A DNA stretch of 64,000 nucleotides from Candidatus Izemoplasmatales bacterium (GTDB lineage: Bacteria > Bacillota_I > Bacilli_A > Izemoplasmatales > Hujiaoplasmataceae), in NCBI GenBank assembly GCA_050949045.1, contig JBMNEZ010000001.1, positions 64,001-128,000 of the forward strand, written 5' to 3'. Position 1 is the first letter of the stretch. The number at the start of each line of letters is the position of its first letter. The translations under genes and the position numbers were made by a program. Shown here piece after piece: positions 19,418 to 29,611 of this stretch. The notes below the pieces were generated by a model. It was not told the origin of the DNA and made no database searches. It saw nothing but the letters and a program-made list of their open reading frames with translations.

Positions 19418-20677
19418 ATGGATAACAAGGAGATTGTGATCATAGGCGGCGGGCCGGCGGGATTGGCCGCAGCCATCAGCGCGGCGGAGTCGGGCATAAA
19501 GGATATTGTTATTCTTGAACGCGAGAATGCTCTCGGCGGCATCCTCAATCAATGTATCCATAACGGTTTCGGTCTGCATCGGTTCAAGGAAGAATTGACG
19601 GGCCCGGAATATGCCAGCCGGGACATCGACAAAGTCATCGAACTCGGTATCGACTATCGACTCGAGACCATGGTGATCGATGTCACAAGCGATAAACGCG
19701 TGATTGCCATAAATGAGAAAGACGGTATCATTGATATCAAAGCTAAAGCCATTGTTTTGGCGATGGGCTGCAGGGAACGTCCCCGGGGTGCTTTGAACAT
19801 TCCAGGGCATCGACCAGCGGGAATCTATTCTGCCGGCACAGCCCAAAAATATGTCAATATCGACGGCTATCTGCCCGGCAGAGAGATTGTCATCCTTGGC
19901 TCCGGTGATATCGGTTTGATCATGGCAAGGAGGCTGACATTGGAAGGTGCGCACGTCAAAATGGTATGCGAAATCCTTCCGTATTCCGGAGGGTTGAAAC
20001 GCAATATTGTCCAATGCCTCAATGATTATGACATTCCGCTCCGGTTGAGTCACACGGTGACGAAAATCCATGGGAAGGACCGGATTGAAGCCGTTACGAT
20101 CGCCGAGGTCAACAAGGATTTAAAGCCCATCAGGGAAACCGAGGAAATTGTCGCTTGCGATACTCTGTTATTGTCTGTCGGTTTGATTCCCGAGAATGAA
20201 TTGTCAATAAAAGCCGGTGTCGAGATCAACCCCAAGACCCAGGGGCCTCTGGTCGACAGCCACCTTGAAACTTCCATACCGGGCATCTATGCTTGCGGCA
20301 ATGTCCTGCATGTCCATGATTTGGTCGATTATGTCAGTGAAGAAGCAGCCATGGCAGGCAAACATGCCGCAAATCATGTGAAAAACATGGATAGGAACAA
20401 TCGTAAATATGCCGTTATGGCAGGTAGCGGCGTCAGGTATACCGTTCCTTCTTGGATCAACGATGATTCCGAGAATAACCTGACGGTCGTTAGATTCCGG
20501 GTTGACAACGTTTACAAGGACCGTTTTGTATCGGTTTGGTTTGATGGGGAAAGATTATATCATAAGTCAAGGCGGATACTGACTCCCGGAGAAATGGAAC
20601 AAGTTCTCCTTCCAAACAAATGGATCGTTGACAGACCAAACCTGGAGAAGATCGTGATTTCACTCGAGGAGGATTGA
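19418..20677 (+). CDS. NAD(P)/FAD-dependent oxidoreductase (partner of the GlpA-like enzyme)
   Basis: GGGPAG, 'GGILNQCIHNGFG' and 'GNVLHVHDLVD' motifs. Confidence 0.85.
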   Translation: MDNKEIVIIGGGPAGLAAAISAAESGIKDIVILERENALGGILNQCIHNGFGLHRFKEELTGPEYASRDIDKVIELGIDYRLETMVIDVTSDKRVIAINEKDGIIDIKAKAIVLAMGCRERPRGALNIPGHRPAGIYSAGTAQKYVNIDGYLPGREIVILGSGDIGLIMARRLTLEGAHVKMVCEILPYSGGLKRNIVQCLNDYDIPLRLSHTVTKIHGKDRIEAVTIAEVNKDLKPIRETEEIVACDTLLLSVGLIPENELSIKAGVEINPKTQGPLVDSHLETSIPGIYACGNVLHVHDLVDYVSEEAAMAGKHAANHVKNMDRNNRKYAVMAGSGVRYTVPSWINDDSENNLTVVRFRVDNVYKDRFVSVWFDGERLYHKSRRILTPGEMEQVLLPNKWIVDRPNLEKIVISLEED

Positions 20678-20682
20678 TGTAG

Positions 20683-21054
20683 ATGCGATACAAGCAACAA
20701 ATTATCTGTATCAACTGCCCTATGGGCTGCCAGATGGAAGTCGTCGTCGAAGACGGCGAAATCAAAAGCATCGAAAACTATAGTTGCCAAAGAGGCGTTG
20801 AGTATGCCAAAAAGGAAATCACGAATCCCAAGCGGACGATCACTTCGATTCTCCCAGTAGTTGGTGGCGACCTCTCTATGGTGTCTGTCAAGACGAGTGC
20901 CGACATTCCCAAGGATAAAATCAGCGCCTGTATGCGGGTTATGAAGGATCTAAGTGTTAATGCTCCGATTATGATCGGTGACGTGATCGTCAAAAATATC
21001 TGTGATACCGGCATTGATATCATCGCCACCAAAAAAGTGGAAAAGAAAGAATGA
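20683..21054 (+). CDS. DUF1667 CxxC protein
   Basis: 'CINCPMGC' and 'CQRGVEYA' motifs; usual third gene of this trio. Confidence 0.85.
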   Translation: MRYKQQIICINCPMGCQMEVVVEDGEIKSIENYSCQRGVEYAKKEITNPKRTITSILPVVGGDLSMVSVKTSADIPKDKISACMRVMKDLSVNAPIMIGDVIVKNICDTGIDIIATKKVEKKE

Positions 21055-21500
21055 AAGAATACATCGTGCTCACACGATTGAGGAAAATGGCGTTTGAAGT
21101 CAATCGGGGTCAAATCATCAAACTGTCATTTACTGACCGACCCCAGACATCGGCTTTGTTTCCTGTTTGTGTCAATATGGCGGTCAAAGAAATCGACCAA
21201 TATCTTAACCGAGAGATAACCGTATTTTCCATTCCTTACCGATTGAACGCACGTGGCTTTCAATTGCAAGTTTTGCGGGCTTTGCTTGAGATTGGCTATG
21301 GACAATTGATAACTTATAAAGAATTGGCAATCAAAACCGGTTTTCCCCTGTCATGGCGAGCCACCGCTATGGCTTGCAAGCATAATCCTCTGCCATTGAT
21401 AATTCCATGCCACCGTGTCGTTCGCAGCGACGGAACGATCGGTGGGTATGCCGGAGGGACGGCAATCAAACATCAATTAATTGAACTTGAAAAGAGATGA
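21051..21500 (+). CDS. ogt: Methylated-DNA--protein-cysteine methyltransferase
   Basis: 'IPCHRVV' active site. Confidence 0.9.
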   Translation: MKEYIVLTRLRKMAFEVNRGQIIKLSFTDRPQTSALFPVCVNMAVKEIDQYLNREITVFSIPYRLNARGFQLQVLRALLEIGYGQLITYKELAIKTGFPLSWRATAMACKHNPLPLIIPCHRVVRSDGTIGGYAGGTAIKHQLIELEKR

Positions 21501-21532
21501 ACGCCATGGCGTCATCTTTTTTTGAAATTATC

Positions 21533-21561
21533 TTGACATCCGGAAATTGTGGTTATATAAT
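21533..21561 (+). promoter_or_regulatory. Consensus sigmaA promoter of the feo operon
   Basis: TTGACA (21533-38), 17 bp spacer, TATAAT (21556-61), immediately after the ogt terminator. Confidence 0.8.
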
Positions 21562-21621
21562 GTTATGCAAGGCTAACAAATACCTTATATTTTTTACCTT
21601 AAATGTTAGCCTAAGCTAACA
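21561..21621. promoter_or_regulatory. Two DtxR/MntR-type operator palindromes
   Basis: TGTTATGCAAGGCTAACA (21561-78) and TGTTAGCCTAAGCTAACA (21604-21), both resembling the DtxR box core GTTAGCCTAACCTAA. Confidence 0.7.
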
Positions 21622-21634
21622 AAGGAGGAAGAAC

Positions 21635-21871
21635 ATGACTTTAAAGGATGTTTTACCAGGCGAAAGATGTCGAATTAAAAATATTTACGTAAACAATCTC
21701 AGAAAACGAATCATCGACATGGGACTCACTACCAATACCGAGATATTGGTAAAAAAGATGGCGCCTCTCGGCGATCCGATGGAAATTTTTGTCAGAGGCT
21801 ATTTGTTAACGCTCAGGAAAGCGGAAGCCCAGATGATTGAAGTCGAGAAACTTGGCGAGGCAAACAAATGA
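21635..21871 (+). CDS. feoA: Ferrous iron transport protein A
   Basis: 'IIDMGLT', 'APLGDP' and 'LRKAEA' motifs. Confidence 0.93.
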   Translation: MTLKDVLPGERCRIKNIYVNNLRKRIIDMGLTTNTEILVKKMAPLGDPMEIFVRGYLLTLRKAEAQMIEVEKLGEANK

Positions 21872-24078
21872 TAAAAATCGCTCTCGTCGGGAATCCCAAT
21901 AGCGGAAAGACGACTTTGTTCAACGAACTCACTGGTTCAAACCAATTCGTAGGGAATTGGCCAGGAGTAACGGTTGAGAAGAAATCGGGTAAAATGAAGT
22001 ATCAAGATTTTGAGGCAGAAGTGGTCGATCTGCCGGGAATCTATTCGCTTTCGACCATATCTTTAGAAGAAGAGATAGCGGCTCGATTTGTGATTGATAA
22101 GAAAATGGATCTCATCATCAATATTGTCGATGCCTCAAGTCTCGAACGAAATCTTTATTTGACGTATCAATTGCTTGATTCGGATATTCCGATCGTGATT
22201 GCACTTAACTGCATGGATATCGTGGCCAAAAAACTTGAGCGGATTGATGTCGGAGTCCTCGAGAAAGAACTGGGTGTGCCGGTAATTCCGATCACCGCCA
22301 GCAAGAAAACTGGGATCGACGATCTGCTCAGGTTTCTTTCCGGTTATGACTATTCAAAACAGAAGCGCGAGCATCGTTATGAAGAAATCATTGAAACGAG
22401 CATCCAGAAATTCACTAAGTTATTAGGCGACCGCTTTTTAGCGATCAGATTTTTTGAAGATGGGCTTAAGGCCCTTGAATCTTTGAAATTGACATCCGAA
22501 ACCAAAACCAGGTTAATTGAGACCTACCAACAGGAAGTCAAAAGGCATGGCAGCATCGACTTTGATATGGTCCTTCCCAACAGCAGGTACGAGACGATTC
22601 TTAAGGTCTGTAAGAAAATACTGACAAAAAACAGGTTGGATGCTGTTTCAAGCACTGAGAAAATCGACAAGATTATGACCCACAAGTGGTTAGGGCTCCC
22701 CCTCTTTGGCATCATTATGTTTCTGGTTTTTTATTTGGCTTTCGGGCCTCTTGGAACTTGGATCACCACTTGGTTCGTCAAGGGGATCGAGTGGTTGTTC
22801 TCGCTCATCGAAGGATTGACCGCGAATCTGGGAATGAAGCCCTGGGCTTCAAGTCTAATCAATAACGGCGTCTTTGGCGGCTTGGCAGCCGTGATCGGTT
22901 TTTTGCCGCAACTTGCGATTCTCTTCTTTTTCATGGCCATTCTTGAGGATTCTGGGTATATGGCCAGAGCAGCTTTCATTATGGATCGTCTACTGAAAAA
23001 ATTCGGTCTTTCCGGAAAATCATTCATCCCGATGATGATCGGTTTTGGTTGTAGCGTGCCGGCGATGGCCGCAACGAGAACACTTGACAAGGATGAGGAT
23101 CGTAAGATGACAATGATGGTCATCCCGTTCATGTCATGTGGCGCAAAAGCACCGATATATGGTGTGTTTGCCGGTGCACTGTTTTTTTCTGCCAGTTACA
23201 TAGTGGTATTCTCGATGTATATTCTCGGAATCGTCGTTGCCGTTTTGTCAGCTATTATTTTTAAAAAGACGATTTTAAAAGGCGCGAGCGCGAACTACAT
23301 CATGGAGTTACCGGAATACCGGATGCCAACACTCAAAAACACTTTTTTGCATACCTGGGAAAGGGTCAAAGGCTTCTTGTTAAAGGCGGGAACGATACTT
23401 CTAGGCGCTTTCATCATCATTTGGTTCTTGAGTTACTTTGGTTTTGTTGACGGGACTTTCAGGCTGTTGGCCGATGAAGAAATCGAAAATAGCATTCTCG
23501 GTATCATTGGGAAGTTTCTGTTGCCCTTATTCCGGCCAATCGGCTTCCCCGATTGGCAGGCGACTGTCGCGATGCTGACAGGTTTTGTTGCCAAGGAATC
23601 GGTTGTCGGCACGCTCGGTATTCTTTACGATGTAGCTGGCAATGTGATAGATAATGGTTCGCTTCTCTACGAACCGATTCGTCTGGCTTTTTCTCCGGTT
23701 CAAGCATATGCATTCATGGTTTTTGCACTTCTGTCGACTCCATGCATCGCAGCTATCGCCGCCATGAAAAAGGAGTTTAACTCTTGGAAGTGGGCCGCTT
23801 TTGCAATCGTGTACGAATTTGTTGTCGCTTACCTCGTTGCTCTACTAATATATCAGATAGGCTCGCTTGAGCCAGGTGTCGTTTTGTCGATTGCCTTGGG
23901 CATCGTCGCTGTCATTATCGTCATCCTCTTTATTCGCAAGTATATCTCAAAACGTGGGTTGATCAATGGCAGTTGCGGATCCTGTCCAGTAAGAGACGAT
24001 TGTAACTTACCCAAAAAAGATGAGTTTCTCTCAAACATTGATCAAAAGAAAGAAGATGATCCCAATCAACGAAACTAA
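21868..24078 (+). CDS. feoB: Ferrous iron transport protein B
   Basis: GNPNSGKT, 'GNWPGVTVE', 'DLPGIYSL' and 'GFGCSVPA' motifs; Cys-rich tail. Confidence 0.96.
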   Translation: MIKIALVGNPNSGKTTLFNELTGSNQFVGNWPGVTVEKKSGKMKYQDFEAEVVDLPGIYSLSTISLEEEIAARFVIDKKMDLIINIVDASSLERNLYLTYQLLDSDIPIVIALNCMDIVAKKLERIDVGVLEKELGVPVIPITASKKTGIDDLLRFLSGYDYSKQKREHRYEEIIETSIQKFTKLLGDRFLAIRFFEDGLKALESLKLTSETKTRLIETYQQEVKRHGSIDFDMVLPNSRYETILKVCKKILTKNRLDAVSSTEKIDKIMTHKWLGLPLFGIIMFLVFYLAFGPLGTWITTWFVKGIEWLFSLIEGLTANLGMKPWASSLINNGVFGGLAAVIGFLPQLAILFFFMAILEDSGYMARAAFIMDRLLKKFGLSGKSFIPMMIGFGCSVPAMAATRTLDKDEDRKMTMMVIPFMSCGAKAPIYGVFAGALFFSASYIVVFSMYILGIVVAVLSAIIFKKTILKGASANYIMELPEYRMPTLKNTFLHTWERVKGFLLKAGTILLGAFIIIWFLSYFGFVDGTFRLLADEEIENSILGIIGKFLLPLFRPIGFPDWQATVAMLTGFVAKESVVGTLGILYDVAGNVIDNGSLLYEPIRLAFSPVQAYAFMVFALLSTPCIAAIAAMKKEFNSWKWAAFAIVYEFVVAYLVALLIYQIGSLEPGVVLSIALGIVAVIIVILFIRKYISKRGLINGSCGSCPVRDDCNLPKKDEFLSNIDQKKEDDPNQRN

Positions 24079-24466
24079 CCGCTTCAGCGAATCTCTTGAA
24101 GACTATCTTGAGGCAATCTACGTTCTTGGCGGCAAGAATGTGCGTTCGATCGCTATCGCCAAACGTTTGCACGTTTCCCGTGCCAGCGTTAACCGAGCGG
24201 TGAATACACTTGCGGAAAAGAAGTTGTTAATTAAAGAACCCTACGGCGGTGTATTTTTGACGGAGACTGGCTTCAAAGCCGCAAAAGCTGTACAGAATAA
24301 ACACCAGATATTGAAACGTTTTTTGATCGAAGTTCTCGGAGTTGAGGAAAACATCGCAAACAAGGAAGCTTGCGGCATCGAGCATAATATCTCTGATGAT
24401 ACTGCCCAGAAAATCGACAGATTGATCAAAAATCTTCTTCAAAAAAATCAAGCTCCTGATGATTAG
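24056..24466 (+). CDS. DtxR/MntR family metal-dependent regulator
   Basis: 'SLEDYLEAI', 'SRASV' and 'EACGIEH' motifs. Confidence 0.9.
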   Translation: MIPINETNRFSESLEDYLEAIYVLGGKNVRSIAIAKRLHVSRASVNRAVNTLAEKKLLIKEPYGGVFLTETGFKAAKAVQNKHQILKRFLIEVLGVEENIANKEACGIEHNISDDTAQKIDRLIKNLLQKNQAPDD

Positions 24467-24566
24467 GAGCTTTTTTGTTTGAACCTGAAGACTGGAATCT
24501 TTGTAAATATTGGACGATTCTTGCCGGAGCGATATGGTATAATTTAGATAACAGAGGTGTGATCCG

Positions 24567-25874
24567 GTGGAAGGAAAAATCAATGTCATTGGTGCTGGAC
24601 TCGCCGGCGTCGAAGCCAGTCTCCAACTTGCTAATAGAAATATCAAGGTTGATCTCTTTGAGATGAAACCTCATCAGAAGACTCCTGCGCACGTGATGGA
24701 CACTTTCGCTGAACTCGTTTGTTCAAACTCACTGAGAAGTGACTCTTTGGATAATGCGGCCGGCTTGCTGAAGGCGGAGTTGCGACTTTTGGAATCGGAA
24801 GTGATCAAAGCCGCCGATGAAACAAGAATCCCAGCCGGCACCGCGCTTGCCGTCGACAGAGAGTTATTTTCTCAAATTCTGACAACTAAGGTCTTAAATA
24901 ATCCGTATATTCAAGTCCATCACGAGGAGGTGCTCGCCATCCCTGAAACAGGCATAACGATCATCGCCACAGGGCCTCTGACAAGCCCGAGATTTCATGA
25001 GGCCCTCGAAAAAGAATTCGGGGAATTTCTTTATTTCTTTGATGCTGTTGCGCCGATCATTGCCTTCGACTCAATCGATATGGAAATCGCCTACTTTAAA
25101 AACCGCTATGACAAAGGCGAGGGGATGTATCTCAATTGCCCGCTCTCCAAAGAACAGTACGACAGGTTTCACGCTGAACTAGTAAATGCTCAATGCGTTC
25201 CGCTGAAAGAATATGAAATGCGTGTTTTCGAAGGCTGCTTGCCAATTGAGGAAATGGCCAAAAGAGGATATAAAACACTTGCCTACGGACCGCTAAAACC
25301 AATGGGTCTGCAAAGGCTGGGCTATCCCAAAGCCTATGCTATTGTCCAACTTCGTCAGGACAATAAGGCAGCTAGTCTTTACAATTTGGTCGGGTTTCAA
25401 ACCCGCTTGACTTTCCCCGAACAGAGGCGGATCATCAGAATGATTCCTGGACTCGGCAACGCGAATATCGTCCGTTATGGAGTTATGCATCGCAACACTT
25501 TTGTCAACGCCCCGGCATTGCTTAGGGAAACTTATCAGTTGAAGAATCGGGATAATTTGTTTCTAGCAGGCCAGATTTCTGGAGTAGAGGGTTATGTCGA
25601 GAGTATTGCCTCCGGTTTGGTCGCTGGCATCAATGCCGCTCGTCTCTTTCGTGGATCGGATACGCTTGTCTTTCCCGAAGAAACGATGATTGGTGCTCAG
25701 GCAAGATACCTTGCTAATGCGGATCGGGAAAACTTCCAACCGATGAATGTTAATTTTGGACTCATGCGTCCGAGTGCGGACATTCCTCATAAAAAGCAAA
25801 ACAAAGCCCTGATTTCTTGTAGGAGCATTGACAACTTGAACCGTTTCATCGAGGTGAATCTACTTGACCAATAA
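24567..25874 (+). CDS. trmFO: Folate/FAD-dependent tRNA m5U54 methyltransferase
   Basis: 'AELVCSNS', 'VGFQT', 'RYGVMHRN' and 'GVEGYVES' motifs. Confidence 0.95.
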   Translation: MEGKINVIGAGLAGVEASLQLANRNIKVDLFEMKPHQKTPAHVMDTFAELVCSNSLRSDSLDNAAGLLKAELRLLESEVIKAADETRIPAGTALAVDRELFSQILTTKVLNNPYIQVHHEEVLAIPETGITIIATGPLTSPRFHEALEKEFGEFLYFFDAVAPIIAFDSIDMEIAYFKNRYDKGEGMYLNCPLSKEQYDRFHAELVNAQCVPLKEYEMRVFEGCLPIEEMAKRGYKTLAYGPLKPMGLQRLGYPKAYAIVQLRQDNKAASLYNLVGFQTRLTFPEQRRIIRMIPGLGNANIVRYGVMHRNTFVNAPALLRETYQLKNRDNLFLAGQISGVEGYVESIASGLVAGINAARLFRGSDTLVFPEETMIGAQARYLANADRENFQPMNVNFGLMRPSADIPHKKQNKALISCRSIDNLNRFIEVNLLDQ

Positions 25875-26772
25875 GGAAATTATTGAAAAGTTTCGCGATT
25901 ATCTCGCGAATGAACGCAACTATTCACCGAATACGGTGAAAGCCTATTTGAATGATGTTGGCACCTTGACCGCCTTTTTGGCGAAAGAGGATCTTGGCAG
26001 TCTGTTTCTGTTAACTGACAGGATCGCTCGTTTCTATCTCAGCACGCTCCATGAGCATTATGATCCGAAATCGATCCAGCGAAAGCTTTCAAGCGTCAGA
26101 AGCATGTACAAGTTGCTGGTCGATGAGTACCTGATCGATAACAATCCCTTTTGGAATCTGACACCTCCAAAAGCCAAAAAACCGCTTCCGAAATTTGTCT
26201 ATGAAGAAGAAATGGCTGATTTTTTAGGAAGGATTGACACTTCTACCCCCAACGGCATTCGCAACGCCTCCATGTTTGAACTTCTTTACGGATGCGGTCT
26301 CAGGGTTTCCGAAATCACCAACATTAAAATTACCGACATCGATTTCTTCAATAAGACAATTCTCGTTCACGGCAAAGGAAACAAAGACCGGTATCTACCG
26401 GTCCATGATCTTGCCATTGAAAAACTCAAAACTTACCTAAAGGAAGTTCGACCGTTGTTTCGAAGCAGGACAAGCTCTATCGATAAATCCGATTTGTATC
26501 TGAACTTCAAAGGCGGTCGCCTGACCGACAGAGGTGTCAGGGATATCCTCGACAAAGAACTTGACCGTCAAGCGACCAACAAAAAAATGTCACCGCATGC
26601 TTTCCGCCATTCTTTTGCGACTCATCTTCTCAACAACGGAGCCGATCTGAGAACCGTCCAAGAGTTGCTTGGTCACAAAAGCTTAGCCACGACTCAAATT
26701 TATACCAAGGTTTCAAAGGAAAGATTGAGAGATGTGTATTTGAGCGCGCATCCGCGGGCAAAGAGAAAATGA
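25864..26772 (+). CDS. xerC: Tyrosine recombinase XerC/CodV
   Basis: 'LLYGCGLRVSE', 'GKGNKDR', 'HAFRHSFATHLL' and 'LLGH...TTQIY' motifs; follows trmFO. Confidence 0.88.
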   Translation: MTNKEIIEKFRDYLANERNYSPNTVKAYLNDVGTLTAFLAKEDLGSLFLLTDRIARFYLSTLHEHYDPKSIQRKLSSVRSMYKLLVDEYLIDNNPFWNLTPPKAKKPLPKFVYEEEMADFLGRIDTSTPNGIRNASMFELLYGCGLRVSEITNIKITDIDFFNKTILVHGKGNKDRYLPVHDLAIEKLKTYLKEVRPLFRSRTSSIDKSDLYLNFKGGRLTDRGVRDILDKELDRQATNKKMSPHAFRHSFATHLLNNGADLRTVQELLGHKSLATTQIYTKVSKERLRDVYLSAHPRAKRK

Positions 26773-27251
26773 TAAACATCCAGATCATCGCTATCGGCTC
26801 AATCAAGGAGAAATATCTAAAAGAAGGGATCAGCGAATATCAAAAAAGACTGATCCCGTATGCTAAAATTGACGTAATTGAAATTAAAGAGGAAAAATTA
26901 CCGGATGTTCCTTCGCCTGCAGAAATCCGGAATGCTCTTGTTGCGGAAGCAAAACGAATTAAAGACAAGTTGTCGGATGATGCTTATACTATCGCTCTAG
27001 CGATCGAGGGAGAAACAATATCGAGCGAAATGTTTTCATCATTGATCGCCGATATTCAGAACTATCACCGCGGAAAAGTGGTTTTCATCATCGGCGGCTC
27101 TTATGGGTTGGCAGAAGAAATAAAACAGCTTGCGCAGAAACAACTTTCTTTCTCGCGGGTGACGTTTCCCCATCAACTGATGCGACTGATTTTCTTTGAA
27201 CAGCTCTACCGCGCTTTCATGATTATGAGTGGAAAAAAATATCACAAATAA
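26769..27251 (+). CDS. rlmH: 23S rRNA m3Psi1915 methyltransferase
   Basis: 'FIIGGSYG', 'TFPHQLMRL' and 'EQLYRAF...YHK' motifs. Confidence 0.95.
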   Translation: MINIQIIAIGSIKEKYLKEGISEYQKRLIPYAKIDVIEIKEEKLPDVPSPAEIRNALVAEAKRIKDKLSDDAYTIALAIEGETISSEMFSSLIADIQNYHRGKVVFIIGGSYGLAEEIKQLAQKQLSFSRVTFPHQLMRLIFFEQLYRAFMIMSGKKYHK

Positions 27252-27280
27252 AAAGCGAGTCGCTGTCAGCGGCTCGCTTT
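27252..27280. terminator. Probable bidirectional terminator between convergent rlmH and pepT
   Basis: AAAGCGAGTCGCTG-t-CAGCGGCTCGCTTT hairpin overlapping the pepT stop. Confidence 0.7.
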
Positions 27281-28498
27281 CATCATAGTGATTTTCTCAA
27301 TGATTTTTTTGATAATCTCCACGCATTGATCCATTTCCTGGATCGAGGCATATTCATAAGGTCCATGGTAATTGTAGCCGCCCGTTCCCAGATTTGGACA
27401 GGGCAGGCCCATATAGGTCAGCCTTGCGCCATCGGTTCCGCCCCTGATCGGTTCGACGATCGGCGTGATCCCGAGTTCTTTAATCGAGGCGATCGCGATA
27501 TCGATGATTTCCTGTTTGCCATCAAGTTTTTCCCGCATATTAAAGTAGGAATCCGTGATTTCCATAAAAATCGTGTTTTCTCCATATTTGCGATTCAAGA
27601 ATTGGGCAATAGCCAGAAAATCGGCCTTTTGTTTTTCAAATAAACGATAATCATGATTACGGATGATGTAATTCACCACCGTCTTTTCAACGTTACCCTC
27701 AAGATGGTGAAGGTGATTGAACCCCTCATATTTTTCGGTGGTTTGCGGTTTCATGTACGCTGGCAACATGTTCTCAAACTCATAGGCGAGCAAGATCGAG
27801 TTGACCATTTTACCTTTGGCGTCTCCCGGATGGACCGATTTGCCATTGATGGTGATTTTCGCGGAAGCGGCGTTGAAGTTCTCATAGGCGATCTCTCCGG
27901 CAGCCGACCCGTCAAGAGTATAGGCGAAGTCCGCTCCGATAGCTTCTATATCAAGGAATTTGGTTCCGTTTCCGACTTCCTCATCCGGAGTAAAGACGAT
28001 GACGATCTCCCCATGTTTGAAGCCGGGATTGTTTTGAATATATTCGGCGAGAGTCATGATTTCGGCGATTCCTGCTTTGTCGTCAGCGCCAAGGAGCGTT
28101 GTGCCGTCGGTGACGATCAAATCCTCTTTGATATGAGTTTTTAACGAAGGGAAAACTTCCGGACTGAGGATGATGCCCAACTCCGGATTCAAGACGATGT
28201 CCTTGCCATCATAATCATAGATAATCCGCGGTTTGACATTTTTCCCGCTCGCATCCGGCGACGTGTCCATATGCGCTATTAATGCCACAGTTGGAACCTT
28301 GTATTTGATGTTGGCAGGTATTTTGCAGATTACATAGCCAAAATTGTCGAGAACTGGATCCAGGCCCATTGCGGTCAATTCATGCTTTAAAAGTCTGGCA
28401 AACTCGAGTTGTGTTGGCGTTGAAGGGTATGTCTCTTGATCGTGAAGTGAAGCAGTATCATACTTGACATAATTGATCAATCTTTCGTAAGCTCTCAT
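27266..28498 (-). CDS. pepT: Peptidase T
   Basis: 'AHMDT', 'LLGADDKAG', 'TPDEE' and 'IRGGTDG' motifs. Confidence 0.95.
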   Translation of the reverse strand: MRAYERLINYVKYDTASLHDQETYPSTPTQLEFARLLKHELTAMGLDPVLDNFGYVICKIPANIKYKVPTVALIAHMDTSPDASGKNVKPRIIYDYDGKDIVLNPELGIILSPEVFPSLKTHIKEDLIVTDGTTLLGADDKAGIAEIMTLAEYIQNNPGFKHGEIVIVFTPDEEVGNGTKFLDIEAIGADFAYTLDGSAAGEIAYENFNAASAKITINGKSVHPGDAKGKMVNSILLAYEFENMLPAYMKPQTTEKYEGFNHLHHLEGNVEKTVVNYIIRNHDYRLFEKQKADFLAIAQFLNRKYGENTIFMEITDSYFNMREKLDGKQEIIDIAIASIKELGITPIVEPIRGGTDGARLTYMGLPCPNLGTGGYNYHGPYEYASIQEMDQCVEIIKKIIEKITMMKASR

Positions 28499-28906
28499 GG
28501 TCTCACCTCTCAGCCATAATTATATGGTATTACAAACAAAAAACCAATCAATTTGGCTATTATTAATTACCGCATCTGTTTTTTTAGAGAACAATGTGAA
28601 ATATAAATCGTTATTCTGGTAATCATGGAAATCGTCTATTCAATCGGGGCCGGATATTCGACCGGAGATATCTTTTCAATCTGAGGATGCAATATATGTC
28701 CTTGTATTTTAGGAAAAGCTGAGTTTGTCGGATGACGCTTTCGAAAAGCCCTGTAAGAAACTTTTTTATTGATGATTATGATATAATTTAAATGTGATTA
28801 ATTATAAAAATGCTTAAACTCCGTTTCGGCAAGTAAGGAGCAAGGAATAAATCAGCAACATAAGGATCAAAGTGGAAATCAGAAACAATTTTGTGGAGGA
28901 ACACTG

Positions 28907-29593
28907 ATGAAACACTGCGACAAATGCCAAGTAGATATCAATACGAACCAAGAGTATTGTCCCTTGTGCCACCAGACGCTTTAGGGAGAGAACGATCCCG
29001 ATTTCATAGAGCTCTATCCCGAATACGTGCCTTTGCGACAGGAAGTGCTACCGCTGACGAAGAAGGTTCTCTTTTTTTTGACGATTGTCTCGATTCTGAC
29101 GCTCATCGTTATCAATGTGTTGACATGGAAAAACAATGAGAACATCTGGAGCCTGATCCCAATCGGTTCGATACTCTATTTTTGGCTGATTGTTCGTTAC
29201 GGGGTTCTTTCGAAACAGAATATCGCCTTCAAGTTTTTTCTTTTAACAACGGGACTTGTGTTGATCCTCAATCTCATTGACCGCGTTCATGGAGTAGAGG
29301 AAACCCGTGGTTGGGCACTGGACTATGTCACTCCGCTCGCTTTTCTTGCGTGCAACCTGGCGATCTCGGTGATCATCTGGGTTAGAAAAATCAACTATCG
29401 CGATTATATTTTCTATTTGATCACTATCAAGGTTTTCTCGTTGATCCCGATCATTCTCGCCTTGACGGGCATTATCAAGGTCATCTGGCCGGCGGTAGCG
29501 GCATTCGGAGCGGCAATTTTCATTTTGCTTTTCATCATTTTCTTTTTTCCCCGCTCCATCAAGGATGAGATTAAGAAAAGGTTCCATTTATAA
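28907..29593 (+). pseudogene. Zinc-ribbon plus multi-TM membrane protein (DUF6320-like) interrupted by an in-frame TAG
   Basis: RBS GGAGG then ATG 28907: MKHCDKCQVDINTNQEYCPLCHQTL, TAG at 28982-84, then GENDPDFIELYPEY, continuing in frame into ORF 29027-29593, which ends 'EIKKRFHL'. Confidence 0.75.
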
Positions 29594-29611
29594 AAGGAAA
29601 AACGATGGGTT

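Noticed and set aside
19370..20071. Long antisense ORFs (this one, 13355-13936, 27653-28144 and similar)
   Set aside because: They are shadows of well-conserved genes on the opposite strand, with no recognisable motifs.
25864..26772. Tyrosine recombinase as the island integrase
   Set aside because: It has the size, motifs and trmFO-linked position of housekeeping XerC/CodV and lies 15 kb from the island.
28891..29139. 82 aa ORF from the track
   Set aside because: It overlaps, out of frame, the better supported zinc-ribbon reading frame starting at 28907.
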